DNA of 64,000 nucleotides from Anaeramoeba ignava BMAN (taxonomy: Eukaryota; Protista; Anaeramoebae). The notes under the pieces were generated by a model that saw only the letters and a program-made list of their open reading frames with translations, searched no databases and was not told where the DNA came from. Shown in pieces: positions 24,701 through 36,882 of this stretch. The DNA is taken from assembly GCA_028826165.1 (NCBI GenBank), contig JAPDFW010000071.1, positions 62,001-126,000 of the forward strand. The letters are read 5' to 3'. The translations under genes were made by a program, and so were the position numbers. Every line of letters begins with the position of its first letter. Position 1 is the first letter of the stretch.

Positions 24701-26558
24701 CTTTGTTCTGATTCATCCATATCATCATAATCATGAACACCTTGAAAAAGAATCTTAGCTAAAACTGTTCCAGATAGTTTCATTTTTTGAACAGGTGTCA
24801 ATTTGGCTCCAGCAACAGAATATATAAATTCTGGTGAAATATTCAAATAAACATTATAAGGATTGTTATAATAATATCCCATATCATCAAGAACTCCATC
24901 TTTAATATGTTCTCTTTTAATATTAATAAATTTAATAACATCATCCCATTCCATTCCAACTATTCTCATCATATCATGAATATCATCAAGATAAAAAGGC
25001 ATGTAATGTGAATAATAAAACCAATCATCCCAATTTTTACTTGAAATTTGATGCACTTTTTCTCGATTTGGATTCTAAATTAAAAATTATTAATTTTAAT
25101 TTATATTTTTAATAAAAAAAGTAATTTTACAGAAACAGATTGCATAATTTTATCAATAACAATGAAATGTAATAATCTAGATTCTTTTTCTGTTAATTTA
25201 TATGCTTCGCAAGCTTGAACAATTAAGGGTTTTTCCTATAAAGAAAATTTAAAATTTAAAATTAAAATTTAAAATTAAAATTAATATTAAAATTAAAATT
25301 AAAATTAAAATTTAAAATTAAAATTAAAAATTTAAATTAAAAATTTAAAATTAAAATTAAAAATTAAAATTAAAATTAAAATTAAAATTAAAATTAAAAT
25401 TAAAATTAAAATCAAAATTTAAAATTAAAATTAATTTAAAATTAACATTAAAATTAAAATTAAAATTAAAATTAAAATTAAAATTAAAAATTAAAATTAA
25501 AATTAAAATTAAAATTAATATTAAAATTAAAATTAATATTAAAATTAAAATTAAAATTAAAATTAAAATTAATATTAGAATTAAAATTAAAATTAAAATC
25601 AAAATTAAAAATTTAAAATTAAAATTAAAATTAAAAATTAAAATTAAAATTAAAATTAAAATTAAAATTAAAATTAAAATTAAAATTAAAATTAAAATTT
25701 AAAATTAAAAATTAAAATTAAAATTAAAATTAAAATTAATTAAAATTATTAAAATTAAAATTAAAAATTAAAATTAAAAATTAAAATTAAAAATTTTTAT
25801 TTAATTTGTTCTGTAAAAATTATTATTTTTATTAAAATTAAAATTAAAATTAATAAATAATTAAAATTAAAATTATTAAAATTAAAATTAAAAATTAAAA
25901 TTAAAATTAAAATTTAAAATTAAAATTAAAATTTAAATTTAAAATTAAAATTTAGAATTAAAATTATAATTAATATTAAAATTAAAATTAAAATTAAAAT
26001 TAAAATTAAAATTTAAAATTAAAATTAAAATTAAAATTAAAATTAAAATTAAAATTAAAATTTAATATTAAAATTAAAATTAAAATTAAAATTAAAATTA
26101 GAATTAAAAATTTTTTATTTATTTACAGTTTGTTCTGTAACTTCAAGTCTTTTATTAATTTTGTTTTGGATAAGAACAATAAGTCTTTCACAAGATTCAA
26201 TAAATCTAGTTGTTAATTCAAAACCTTATTAAATTTAAATTAAAAAAAAAAATTTAAATAAAAATTAAATTAAGTTCCAAATTAAAAAAAATTAATTAAA
26301 AAATTTTGTTTTTGTTTTTGTTTTTGTTTTATTATTTTTACTCCAATTTTCTGTACAATCAACTAATAATTTAGGTACTCTAAATGGTGTTGATTTTGCA
26401 TAAATTGAAAGGACTAAAATTTCTCTATAAAAAATGAGATAGTCATCGTTACTTTTTAATGGATCTGTATCTTTTGATTCAAAAAGTGAAATAATATTTT
26501 CATTGAATACGTATTTCATTTCATTACAATATTCTACTATTTCTTCAATAACTTCCAT
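21714..26558 (-). CDS. Tandem (two-domain) AAA+ ATPase of bacterial-like type
   Basis: Six exons with GT-AG introns. AAA1 has Walker A GASGTGKT (intron-split) and Walker B FFDECE. AAA2 has GPPGTGKT, VFDEAE, ERYANIDV and the SRH TNLPNAIDKSFFRR. An acidic (EIKKED)n insertion lies N-terminal to AAA1. Confidence 0.85.
25250..26110. repeat. (AAAATT)n microsatellite in an AAA gene intron
   Basis: Directly visible. Confidence 0.9.
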
Positions 26559-26973
26559 TTTAATAATTTTTTCCAATTAAAGCAAAAGAAAAAATGAAAA
26601 AAAAAAATTAATTAAAAAAAATTTTTCGTTTTTTTTTTGTTTTTATTCTATTCCCTTTTTAATTTTAATAATAAATTTATTTTAATTTTAATTTATCTAA
26701 CAATTTCCAAATTATTTATTATTTTTAGATTATTTCTATTTTTTGACCCAAATTGATCAAAAAAAAAATTAATTCAAAAAAATTTCTTCTTTTTCTTCTT
26801 TTTCTTCTTTTCTTTTTGGAAATAATTTTAATTTAATTTTAATAATAAATTTATTTTAATTTTAATTAGTTTTCAATGTCAAATTTATTATTTTTATTTT
26901 TTATTTTAGTTTTTGTTTCAATTTGATCAAAAAAAAAATGTTTTTTTTTCATTTTTTTTCTTTTAAAAAAAAA

Positions 26974-27348
26974 ATGTTTTCAAAATGGAAAAAACCAAAT
27001 CTTTTTAAAAAAATTTTTGGAAAATCTACTCAACAAAATAATTGGTTTTCATTCAAAAAAGAAAAATTCCAAAAAGAAAATAATTTAGAAATTGTTCTTT
27101 CTGATCTTTGTTTAGTTTATGAAAATAATGAATGGAAAATAAATCAAAATCAAAATCAAAATCAAAATCAAATTCAAATTCAAATTCAAAATCAGAATGA
27201 AATTGAAAATCATAAAAAAATAATTAAATCTCTTGAAAATCAAATTGTTTTGTTAAATTTAAAAATTGAAATTTTGATTGATCTTTTAATTCGCGAAAAA
27301 ATATCAAAAGAAAATCAAAATCAAAAAGAAAATCAAAAAGAAAATTGA
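26974..27348 (+). CDS. Chibby-like small coiled-coil protein
   Basis: LSDLCLVYENNEW and LENQIVLLNLKIEILIDLL resemble the two conserved Chibby blocks (L.GQSLKFENGQW; LEEENNLLRLKVDILLDML). TTTCATTTT motif ~25 nt upstream of the ATG. Confidence 0.6.
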   Translation: MFSKWKKPNLFKKIFGKSTQQNNWFSFKKEKFQKENNLEIVLSDLCLVYENNEWKINQNQNQNQNQIQIQIQNQNEIENHKKIIKSLENQIVLLNLKIEILIDLLIREKISKENQNQKENQKEN

Positions 27349-27616
27349 TAAAAAAAACAAAACAAAACAAATTGAAAACAAATTGAAAAAAAATTGTTTG
27401 TTTTTGATTTAAATTTAGATTTTATTTTGATTTTTGTATTTGTATTTTTAATTGTAATTATCGACTTTTTAATTGTATTTTTCTGATAATTCTTTTCGAG
27501 TTATTATTATGAAAGAAATTAAAAAAAAAAAGATGAAAGAAAGAAAATGAAAAAATGAAAAAATGAAAAAAAAAGAGAGAGAAAATGGATATCTAAAAAA
27601 GAAAAGGAGGATAAAA

Positions 27617-28940
27617 TTAATTGTCGATAACAAATCCTTCATATTTTGTTTGAAACCATTTAATGGCATCATTTCGTGTGACTTTTTGTTTGTTTCCCAT
27701 TTTATTCTTTCTACGTTTTCTATTCTTAACTCTTTTTCCGGGTCTTTCAAGAACAACAAAGAAATCCATTCCATAAATTCCAATTGTTGGATCATATCTT
27801 AATCCAAGATCAATATGTTCATCAACTCCAAAACCAAAAGAACCTTGGTCTGTGAAACATTTTTTATTTAATTCAAATTCTTTAACTTTTAAACCTTTTT
27901 CTAAAATTTCTTCTGCTTTTTTTCCTCTAACTGTAACATGACAGGCAATCTTTTCATTTCTTCTAATACCAAATCCACGAATTGTTAATCTTGCTAAAAT
28001 ATTTATCAATTCAATATAAATAAAATTATAAATAAAATTATAAATAAAATTATAAATAAAATTATAAATAAAATTATAAATATAAAATTATAAATATAAA
28101 TTATAAATAAAATTATAAATAAAATTATAAATTATATTATAAATAAAATTATAAATAAATTAAATTATAAAATTAAAATTATAAATTAAATTATAAAATT
28201 AAAATTATAAATAAATTATAAATAAATAAAAATAAATAAAATTATAAATATAAATATAAATAAAAATATAAATAAATAAAATATAAATAAAAAATTATAA
28301 ATTAAATATAAATTTAAAAAAATTATAAATTAAATAAATTGAGTATAAATAAAAATTATAATTTAAATTATAAATTATAAATAAAATTATAAATTAAAAT
28401 TATAAATAAAATTATAAATTAATTAAAAATTAAATAAATATAAAACAAAATTATATAAATAAAATTATAAATTAAAATTATAAATAAAATTAAATTAAAT
28501 ATAATTATAAAATAAATTATAAAATAAAATTATAAATTAAAATTATAAATATAAAATTCAATTTTAAAATATAAATTCTCATTTGTAATAAATTAAATTC
28601 ATTTGAAAATTATAAATTCATTTGTAATTATAAATTCATTTGTAAATTAAATTATAAATTCATTTGTAAATGTAAATTCATTTGTAAATTCATTTGTAAA
28701 TAGAATTATAATTTAAATAGATATTATTTTTATACATTTTGAAAGAACTGGAGTTTGGTCAGTTAATTGTTCTAAAACTTTTGCAGCTCTTGTTAATCTA
28801 TCACCAGATTCACCAACTCCAATGTTTAAACAAAGTTTTTCAATTCTAACTTTTTTCATTGGATGTGTTTCTTCTTGTTCTTTTTCAATTTCTTGATTGT
28901 CTTGGTCTTGTTCTATTGGTTTTTTTTCTTTATCTGACAT
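27617..28940 (-). CDS. RPL11: 60S ribosomal protein L11 (uL5)
   Basis: Exons 28940-28736 and 27993-27617. Motifs [62 protein letters not shown]. Confidence 0.97.
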
Positions 28941-29203
28941 GATTTTATAACAAAGAGAAAAGAAAAATAAGAGAAAAAAAATGAAAAAAAAAAATTTAAA
29001 AATTAATTAAAAAAAAAAAGAAAAAAAAATTTTTTTTTAATTAAAATTTTTTTTTTATTATTGTGGGCAAAAAAGAAAAAAAAAGAAAAAAAAGAAAAAA
29101 AATTTTTTAATTTGCAATTCGATTCTTAGGAAAAGATATTATTTTTTTTTAATTAATTTTTTTTTAATTAATTTTTATTTATTAATTTTTTTTATTTTAA
29201 ATT

Positions 29204-30391
29204 TCAATTAAAAATTGCAACAACAGTCATTAAAGTAAAACCAAGAATTCCAAAACCAATTTTTTGAGTTGGTTTTTCTCCATCAATTACATTTTTAAAT
29301 TCATAAGAAGCAGCAAATAAAAACGTTCCACTTGCAAGAGCAACAAAAAAAGAACAAATAACAGGACTATTATAATTATAAATAGCAATTCCAGTAATAA
29401 TTCCAATAGGAGAAGCTGTTCCAAAAATAATAAGATACAAAATAACAGTTTTTCTATTGGATCGATAAGCCCGAATCAAACTGGTTCCAATAGCGAATGC
29501 GCCAATCCATTTGTGGGCAATAATTGCAATTCCGATTCCAAGTGCTTGATGGAAATTTGTGGCTACACCAAGTGCCAATCCTTCAAGAAAACCATGGAAA
29601 CTAAGTGTAATAAATAACACAATTGAAATGATCCGAAAAGAAATTGTTTCTTGCTTTAAAAAAACTTCAGGATCAGGTTGAAACTCTTCAGCTCCTGAAG
29701 ACAGAATTTCCGTTTTTTCATTTTTGGGTTTTTCCGGCATATTTTTGGGGGGGTCTTTATTATCTTCACTTGTTTCTGACAGCTGGTGATCTTTATTAAA
29801 ATTTTCCTTTTGAACCAAATTATCTTCTTCTTGTGTTTTTTCATTTTCAATAAGATCTGGATCGAAAAATGAAAAACTGCTACTTGGTAAGTTATGTCTT
29901 TTTTTGATAATGGGTCCTAATATATTTTCAATTATTAATGTAATGAAAAACCCTCCTCCACAACAAAGCATTGTGTAAGGGAAATATAAACCATGTTGGA
30001 TTAAGATTTTTTCTGATCCATGAAGCATATGAATTAATGATCCTCCTAAAAATACTCCTCCTGTTTGAGTTTTTTTTGAATATTTTTCATTTGAGATTTT
30101 TCATCAAATTTATTTTTTATAATTTCGATAGTAAGTTTTTATTTATATTTCATCCGAAAGTTATTGGGAATTTTGTTTAATTTTTGATTAAGATGAAAAA
30201 TTAAAAAAAAATTTTTTTGGTTGTTGTTGTTTTTTTTTTTATATAATAAAAATTTCACCAGCCATTGCTTCTGCATAACGAACTACCATTCCTTTTGAAC
30301 TTGTAAATCTGTAAGGAAGAAGTCCGCTTGATAAAGCAATAAAAAGTATAAGCAGAAGAGAAATTACTTTAATCAAAAGAATTTCATCCAT
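29204..30391 (-). CDS. ZIP-family zinc/iron transporter
   Basis: Two exons (30391-~30259, ~30060-29204). AGGVFLG in TM2, signature FHGFLEGLALG and AHKW, hydrophobic helices with a long hydrophilic loop. Confidence 0.9.
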
Positions 30392-30474
30392 TTATTTAAA
30401 AAAAAAATGAAAAAAAAAAAATGAAAAAAAATTGAAAAAAAAATTAAAAAAAATTTCCGTTTTCTATTTTTTGA

Positions 30475-32637
30475 TCAATTCAAATTTTCTTCTTTTTTTC
30501 TTTTTTTTTTAATTTTTCTAAATCTTTTTTTATGTTTCATTGATTTTAAATGGGAATTCCATTCATTAATTCCATTTAACATTTTGGAACAAATTTCACA
30601 ATAATATTTTTTCCATTTAATTTGAGGTTGATTTTGTTTATTTTGGAATTTAACTAAATAATTTTTTGGTAATTCATTTCCTTTTAGGAATTGTTCTGTA
30701 ATTTGGATAGCTGGTTCAATAACTTCTTTTGAAAATGTTTCTTTTTTTGTCCATTTAAATTGAAAAATTTGAAAATTACGAGCAAGAAATCTATTTACGA
30801 TATAAGTTCTTTGTTTTCTTGCGTATTTTCTTGTAATTTGTTTATGTTTTTGGATAGCTTTTTTGAATTCATTTTCCAATTCATTTTCATTATTTTGAAT
30901 ATTTTGAATATTTTGATTATTTTTATTAATTTGATTATTTTCCAATTCATTTTCAATATTTTGAATATTTTGAATATTTTGATTATTTTTATTAATTTCA
31001 ATATTTTGATTATTTTGAATATTTTGATTATTTTGAATATTTTGATTATTTTGATTATTTTGAATATTTTGATTATTTTGATTATTTTGAATGATTATTT
31101 TGATTATTTTGATTATTTTGAATATTTTTATTATTTTGATTATTTTGATTATTTTGAATATTTTGAATATTTTGATTATTTTGAATATTTTGATTATTTT
31201 GAATATTTTCATTATTTTGATTATTATTTTGATTATTTTGATTATTTTGATTATTTTGATTATTTTGAATATTTTGATTATTTTGAATATTTTGAATATT
31301 TTGAATATTTTGAATATTTTCATTATTTTGAATATTTTGATTATTTTGATTATTTTGAATATTTTGAATATTTTGAATATTTTGAATATTTTCATTATTT
31401 TGATTATTTTGATTATTTTGAATATTTTGAATATTTTGAATATTTTCTTTTCCAAATTCCTCTTGTTGATTATGTTGATTATGTTGATTATGCTGAATAT
31501 TTTCTTTTCCAAATTTCTCTTGTTGATTATGTTGATTATTTTGATTCTCTTGATATTTATCATAAACTTCTAAATATTTCTTAAATTCTTTAAATCCAAT
31601 AGCTTGAAATAATCCATCTGAAAAATCAACTTCCTTCTCATTTTCCTTAATTTTATTATGCATAAAAAGTATTTCGTTTTGTAAACCAGAATCAACCATT
31701 TCATCAACTCTTGAATCCAAATGAAAATCCAAAATTTTTTGTTCACAATCAACCCAAAGAAACAAACAATCAAATCTAAAAGAAGGAACATCTGAATTTA
31801 ATTCCTTTTGAACATCACTAAGTTTTTTCCGATTTTGTTGATAAAATTCAAGACCTCTTCTAATTTTACGAGAATCTTTCGGATGAATTTTATTAGCAAG
31901 TTCAGGATCAATTTTTGTTAAAAGAGAATATTCAATATTTGAAATAAAATCTTTTTCTTGATTAAAATTAATTTCTTTTTTTAATTCTTCAATATTTAAA
32001 TTTGGTTTTTTATTGAATTATCTTTTTCCTCAATAAGTTTATTTTGAAGAACTATTGCTTCAATATAATAATTAGTTCCCCCAACAAGAATTGGAATTTT
32101 GTTTCTATTATGAATTTCTTCAATGTATTTTTTTTTTGGAATGAAAATGAAGAGAAAAGTTTATCAAGAAAAATAAACTTAATTTAAATAATTTTAAATA
32201 ATTTTCTTTCTTTTTTTTTTTTAAATTTAAAATGATTAAATTAAAAAGGATATAATTTTTAAAGCATCTTGTTGAAATTCTTTAACTGTATAATGCTTAT
32301 GTGATAAAGGATCAAGAAATCCAATTAAATGATGAGGAATATTTTGAGATTCTTTGTCTAAAATTTTATTAGTAGCAATATCAAGTCCCTTTTCAAATTT
32401 TTTGAAATAAATTAATTTGAAATGAATTTGAAATTAATTTTGAAATAAAACCTGATAAATTTGTTGAGAATCTGCATTTATTACTTCTCCATTTAATTTT
32501 TTAGCTAAATAAACTCCAAGTTTTGATTTTCCTTTTAAAATTTTAATTTTAAATGTAAATTTTAGTTTGTAAATTTAAATTGTAATTTAGAAAATACCAG
32601 TTCCAGTTAAACCAAGAACAACAATTAATTTTTTCAT
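30475..32637 (-). CDS. TRIT1: tRNA dimethylallyltransferase (TRIT1/MOD5-like) with C-terminal zinc finger, an AT-AC intron and a large N/Q/I insertion
   Basis: MKKLIVVLGLTGTGKS, EVINADSQQIYQGLDIATNK, PHHLIG, PILVGGTNYYIEA, IHPKDSRKIRRGLE, QAIGFKEF, TRKYARKQ, CEIC...HLKSMKH. Two apparent 1-nt frameshifts (~32015, ~31090). Confidence 0.9.
32125..32253 (-). other. U12-type (minor spliceosome) AT-AC intron
   Basis: 5' end ATATCCTTTTT, 3' end ...AAATAC. Removal joins QQDALKI to IEEIHNRNKIPILVGG in frame, whereas the unspliced sequence hits TAA at its sixth codon. Confidence 0.85.
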
Positions 32638-32751
32638 AAATTATTTGAAAAAAATAAAATGAAGAAAAAAATGAAAAAAATAAATTTGATTTTTTTGATT
32701 TATTCTTCAAAATAAAAAAAAAAAAAGAGAAGAAGAAGAAAAAATAAATTT

Positions 32752-35476
32752 TCAAACCAAAGATTTGTTCAAAAAGTGGATCAAAAGATTAACATTCAAA
32801 ATAACATGCTCAATTTCATAAAGAGGTTGAGAATTATGTTGAGATTCAAGAAGAGATTCCATATAAATATGAGTTGAATATAAAGGTTGAGGTTTGTTTT
32901 TATAAAATAAAGAAATTTGGAAAATTCCTGGTAAATCAGTTGTAGAAAACTCAAAGAAAACAAATCGTTGTCTAAAAAAAAGAAAAGAAAAGAAAAGATA
33001 AATTTCATGTTAATTGAAAAATTTTGATTAAAAATAATTATTATTAATAACCTTTCTTGAGGAACTTCAGATTCTGAAATGACACCTTTCTTTGTTAATT
33101 CAGTATGTGATAATCGAACAGCTTTCTTCTTAATTTTTGTTTTTGAATCGGACTTTTTCTTTTTATTATTATAAGCTAAAGATCTAACATTATCCAGATA
33201 TTCTTGATAAACAGAAATTTGCTTTTTCAAATATTCGCGATGAACCATAACATTTTCACGAACTGTTTTCAATGTTTTGAAATCACCCAAAACCTTTTCG
33301 TGATATTTGTCTCTTTGACGAAGATGATGTTCGACATCTTCTCTAAATTGTCGGAAATTATTATCTTTCGAAATGATTCCTTCTTTGACAAGAGTTTTCA
33401 TGTTGAATAAAATTCTTTTGATTTTGTGATTTGCTTTGCTGTTCTTGTTTTTTTTCATTTGGTTCCGGAAATTTTGGAGTTCAGTCACAATATTCATTTG
33501 ATCGATTTCTTGGTCTGTTTTTCCATTTATCATGTTTTGATATAATCCGGAAATCATTTGCTTAAGATTATTATATAAAACTGTAAAATTTGTGTTTTGG
33601 TTCAAAGATTCACTGAATTCATTCAGCAATTTCAATTGAACAACAAAGTTTTTTGGTTTTTCTACATCTTTTGGTGGTTCACCCAATTTGACTAAGCTTT
33701 CCTTTAGTATTTCAAGATCGCTTTTATTAACAGTTGATGGGATGTTATCAATTTTGTCATCAAATAATCTGTGCATGAAATAAATCTCGTTCAATGTGAT
33801 TCTTAAAGAAACAACTTTTTCTGAAAGATTAATAAAGTTGTCAATTTCTTGGTCAACAATCAGATCGTCGACTTGAATCACCTTTTCAAAAAAGGAAACG
33901 AGCACTTTTTTCTTTTCTTGCATGAAATCTTCAAGAACTTTCATGTAATCTTCTTTTTTTCCAAAAATATCAACCATATTGGACAAAACCTGAAGTAATT
34001 TCGCTAACAAAGTCAGATTTCTTCTTGCTTTTGGTTTTAATTTTCCATCAACAAGATGATAAGCTGTTGGTGTTACTATTGCTGGATTGAGAAATCGAAG
34101 AACAAAAAATCCTCCAATAAGCGCTGATCTATCATATTGATTTGCTTGAGGAAAGTATTCTTGTGTTAATGTTGCAATTTTTTTGCAGATTAAACGAATA
34201 CCATAAGGAATTAAATCAATATTAGATGTAATAATTGAAAAAACCTTGAAATTAAAAAAAGAAATTCAATTTAGATTTAGATTTAGATTTAGATTTTTTG
34301 AAAAAAAAAAATATATATATTTACTTTATCGAAGATATCTTTAATACTTTTCAGTCTTTTATTCAAAGAATTTTTAACTTCGGGAATTGATAAGGATTCT
34401 TCATAAGTAATTTTCTTTTTCAAATTTGAAACTTCACCCAATTCACTTTCCTTTTCATTAATAAAATTTTCATAAATTCTGACAGGATTGATTTCAAGAT
34501 CAAGATCATCATCGTTAGCGATTTCTTGTAAGGGAGAAGAAAGGAGATTTTTCAAGTAAAGTTGCCCAGGACCGCGTCTTGTATAAGTAAATAAAAGTTT
34601 AGTTATTGGAGTATTTGCCCTTAACAAGACATTTAAATGAGAGCATGAACTGAACTCTGAATTAAGAGCATATTCAAATAGCATCAATATTAATTTTTCT
34701 TCTTTTTCATCATAATGATTTCCATAAATAGTGAACATCACTAATTGAAGAACTTTTTCACATTCTATTGGATTTAGTTGTCTTAGAACTGAAGCGATGA
34801 ATTGTGGTTTGTAAAATAAAGTATGGAAAAATCTTCCATAATTTTCGTTCCATTTTGTGTCTTTTATAAAAGTTGGTTTTGCTTCTTGTTCTTCAATTTG
34901 GATTTCTTCTACATCTTTTGGTGGGATTTTTTGTTTGATTAATAAAGCTATTTTTTGGTCTAAAGATTTGATTTCTTTTTCTAATTGAAAATTTCTTCTA
35001 CTTAAAGTAGAAATTTCATTTTTTAAAGATTGTAACTTATCGACATCTTTATAAATGAATTTAAAATTTTTATAAATGAATTTAAAATTTTTATAAATGA
35101 ATTTAAAATTTTTATAAATGAATTTAAAATTTTTATAAATGAATTTAAAATTTTTGGATCGTTAGTTCTTAAAAAAAAATACCCTCTTGATATTGAGCTT
35201 CTGTTTTAATTTGAGAAAAATGAAAAGATTTTGTCATTCTGTTTTGTTGATTTTGTTGAAAATTAGATTGAATTTCTTAATTAAAAAAAGAGAAAAAAGA
35301 AAAAAAAAATTTAAATAAAAGAAAATGAAAGGAATTTTTTTAAAAAGAAAAAAAAAAAAAAAGAAAAAACCTTGAACTTTCTGTTCATCTAATAAAAAAT
35401 CTACTTGAATTTCATTTGTTTGATTTTCATTTTCCAAATTAGATTTTGATTGAGTTAAATTATTTTTTTGGTTCAT
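32752..35476 (-). CDS. IQGAP-related RasGAP + RasGAP_C protein (Gap1/GAPA-like)
   Basis: MFTIYGN...EEKLIL, LLRANTPITK, YTRRG, DLEINP, IPYGIR, GGFFVLRFLNPAIVTP, RRNLTLLAKLLQ and C-terminal NVNLLIHFLNK; multiple GT-AG introns. Confidence 0.88.
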
Positions 35477-35690
35477 TTAAATAAAGAAATAAAAAGAAAA
35501 AAGCAAAAAAAAATAAAAGAATAAGAAAGAGAAAAGAAGAAAAATGAAAAAGAAAAAAATGAAAAAAAAAAAATTTATAAAATAAAAAGAATAAAAGAAG
35601 AATTGAATTTGCCTGCAAAATTATAAATAAAATTATAAATAAATTTTAAATAAAATTTTTCATTTTTTTCTTTTATAAATAAAATTAAAA

Positions 35691-36882
35691 ATGAATTTTA
35701 AAATTTCTAATTTAAATATTTGGCAAATTAATCAAATTTTATCATTTTTAGATTTATTTCAATTTCAAAATAATTTTCCGATTATAAATTTTGCAAAATT
35801 AAATAAATTTCAACTTAATTTCTTAATTAAATCAAAAAATTCAATTCAAAATTCTTTAAAACAAATTGAACCAGAAATAACATTTGAATTGAAAGAAAAT
35901 GAAAGAAATTATAACATTGGAAATGAAATCAAATGAAACTAAAGAAACAATAAACTGGGAAAACTTTGAAAAATTATTAAAAACCATTGAAAATCATTTA
36001 AAAATTGAAAAATCATTTGATTATTTAGGAATTGGACAAAAATTATTAGAAAAACTGAAAGAAATTACACTTAGTTTATTTGATTATTTCAATAAAGAAG
36101 AAATCAACAAAATTGTAATTGAAAGAAATTATGGATTTGGTGAAGAATGGTCAAAATCAATTGATTTATCATTTGAATCTGGTGCAAATTTTGGAAATTC
36201 AATAGCAATTCCAATAGCATATGAATTTAAGCCATTTTTGATTGATTTTTGGGATAAGGAATTGGCTTCAAAGCCTGGAAGGATTTTTAGAGATTATATG
36301 TTCAGAACTTATCTTGCAATTCCCCATGAATTTGTTCATTGTCTCCAATCAAAAACAAAACAACTTGATAAATCACCCCAAAATTGGATTGCTGAACATG
36401 ATGCTTGTTATTTGGGAGTTGCGTTTCTAAATTGGATGCATAAAAATCTTCCTGTTGAAACGAAAAATCAATTATTTCCTATTGATGGTTTTTTTGAGGA
36501 ATTAATTTTGTATTCTCTTGATTTGGCTGTTGGTTTATTCAATAATTTTGGCAACAATAATACTGATTTTTTATATAAAAATTGGAGAGATTCTTTTGGA
36601 TTTGATTATCCTAATGATGATGATCCAAATGTTGTTGAAGGTGTTCCTTTTTATTTCAAATCGAGACTTGGAATTGAAGCTTTTTTCGATGAAACAAATT
36701 TATTTCAAACTCAAATTAATATTTGTTTTAAAAATAGAACAGGTGTTTTACAAGAGCAAAAAATGAATATTCCAAAAGAAATTTTGATTGATTCTTCAAA
36801 ATCAGATCTTCCAATTTTGATTTCTAGTTTAAAAGAAGAAGAATTAAAAGATTTTTATAAACAAATAAAAAATGAAATTTAA
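35691..36882 (+). CDS. Hypothetical HExxH zinc-metallopeptidase-like protein (intronless; 1-nt frameshift near 35932, or start at 35899)
   Basis: IPHEFVHCLQ at 36319-36348 is followed ~15 aa later by WIAEHDA (gluzincin-like third ligand). The initiator-like motif sits before ATG 35691. Confidence 0.55.

Noticed and set aside
12696-26558. Inteins or Hint domains in the P-loop NTPases
   Set aside because: The kinesin and both AAA modules are contiguous after splicing; no C-terminal HN-[CST] or LAGLIDADG-like insertion was seen.
35925-35940. Programmed +1 frameshifting (AAA-TGA here; extra A also near 20790 and 43952)
   Set aside because: Lesions go both ways (a base is missing near 32015 and 6001), sit in homopolymers or microsatellites, and hit housekeeping genes, so sequencing indels are more parsimonious.
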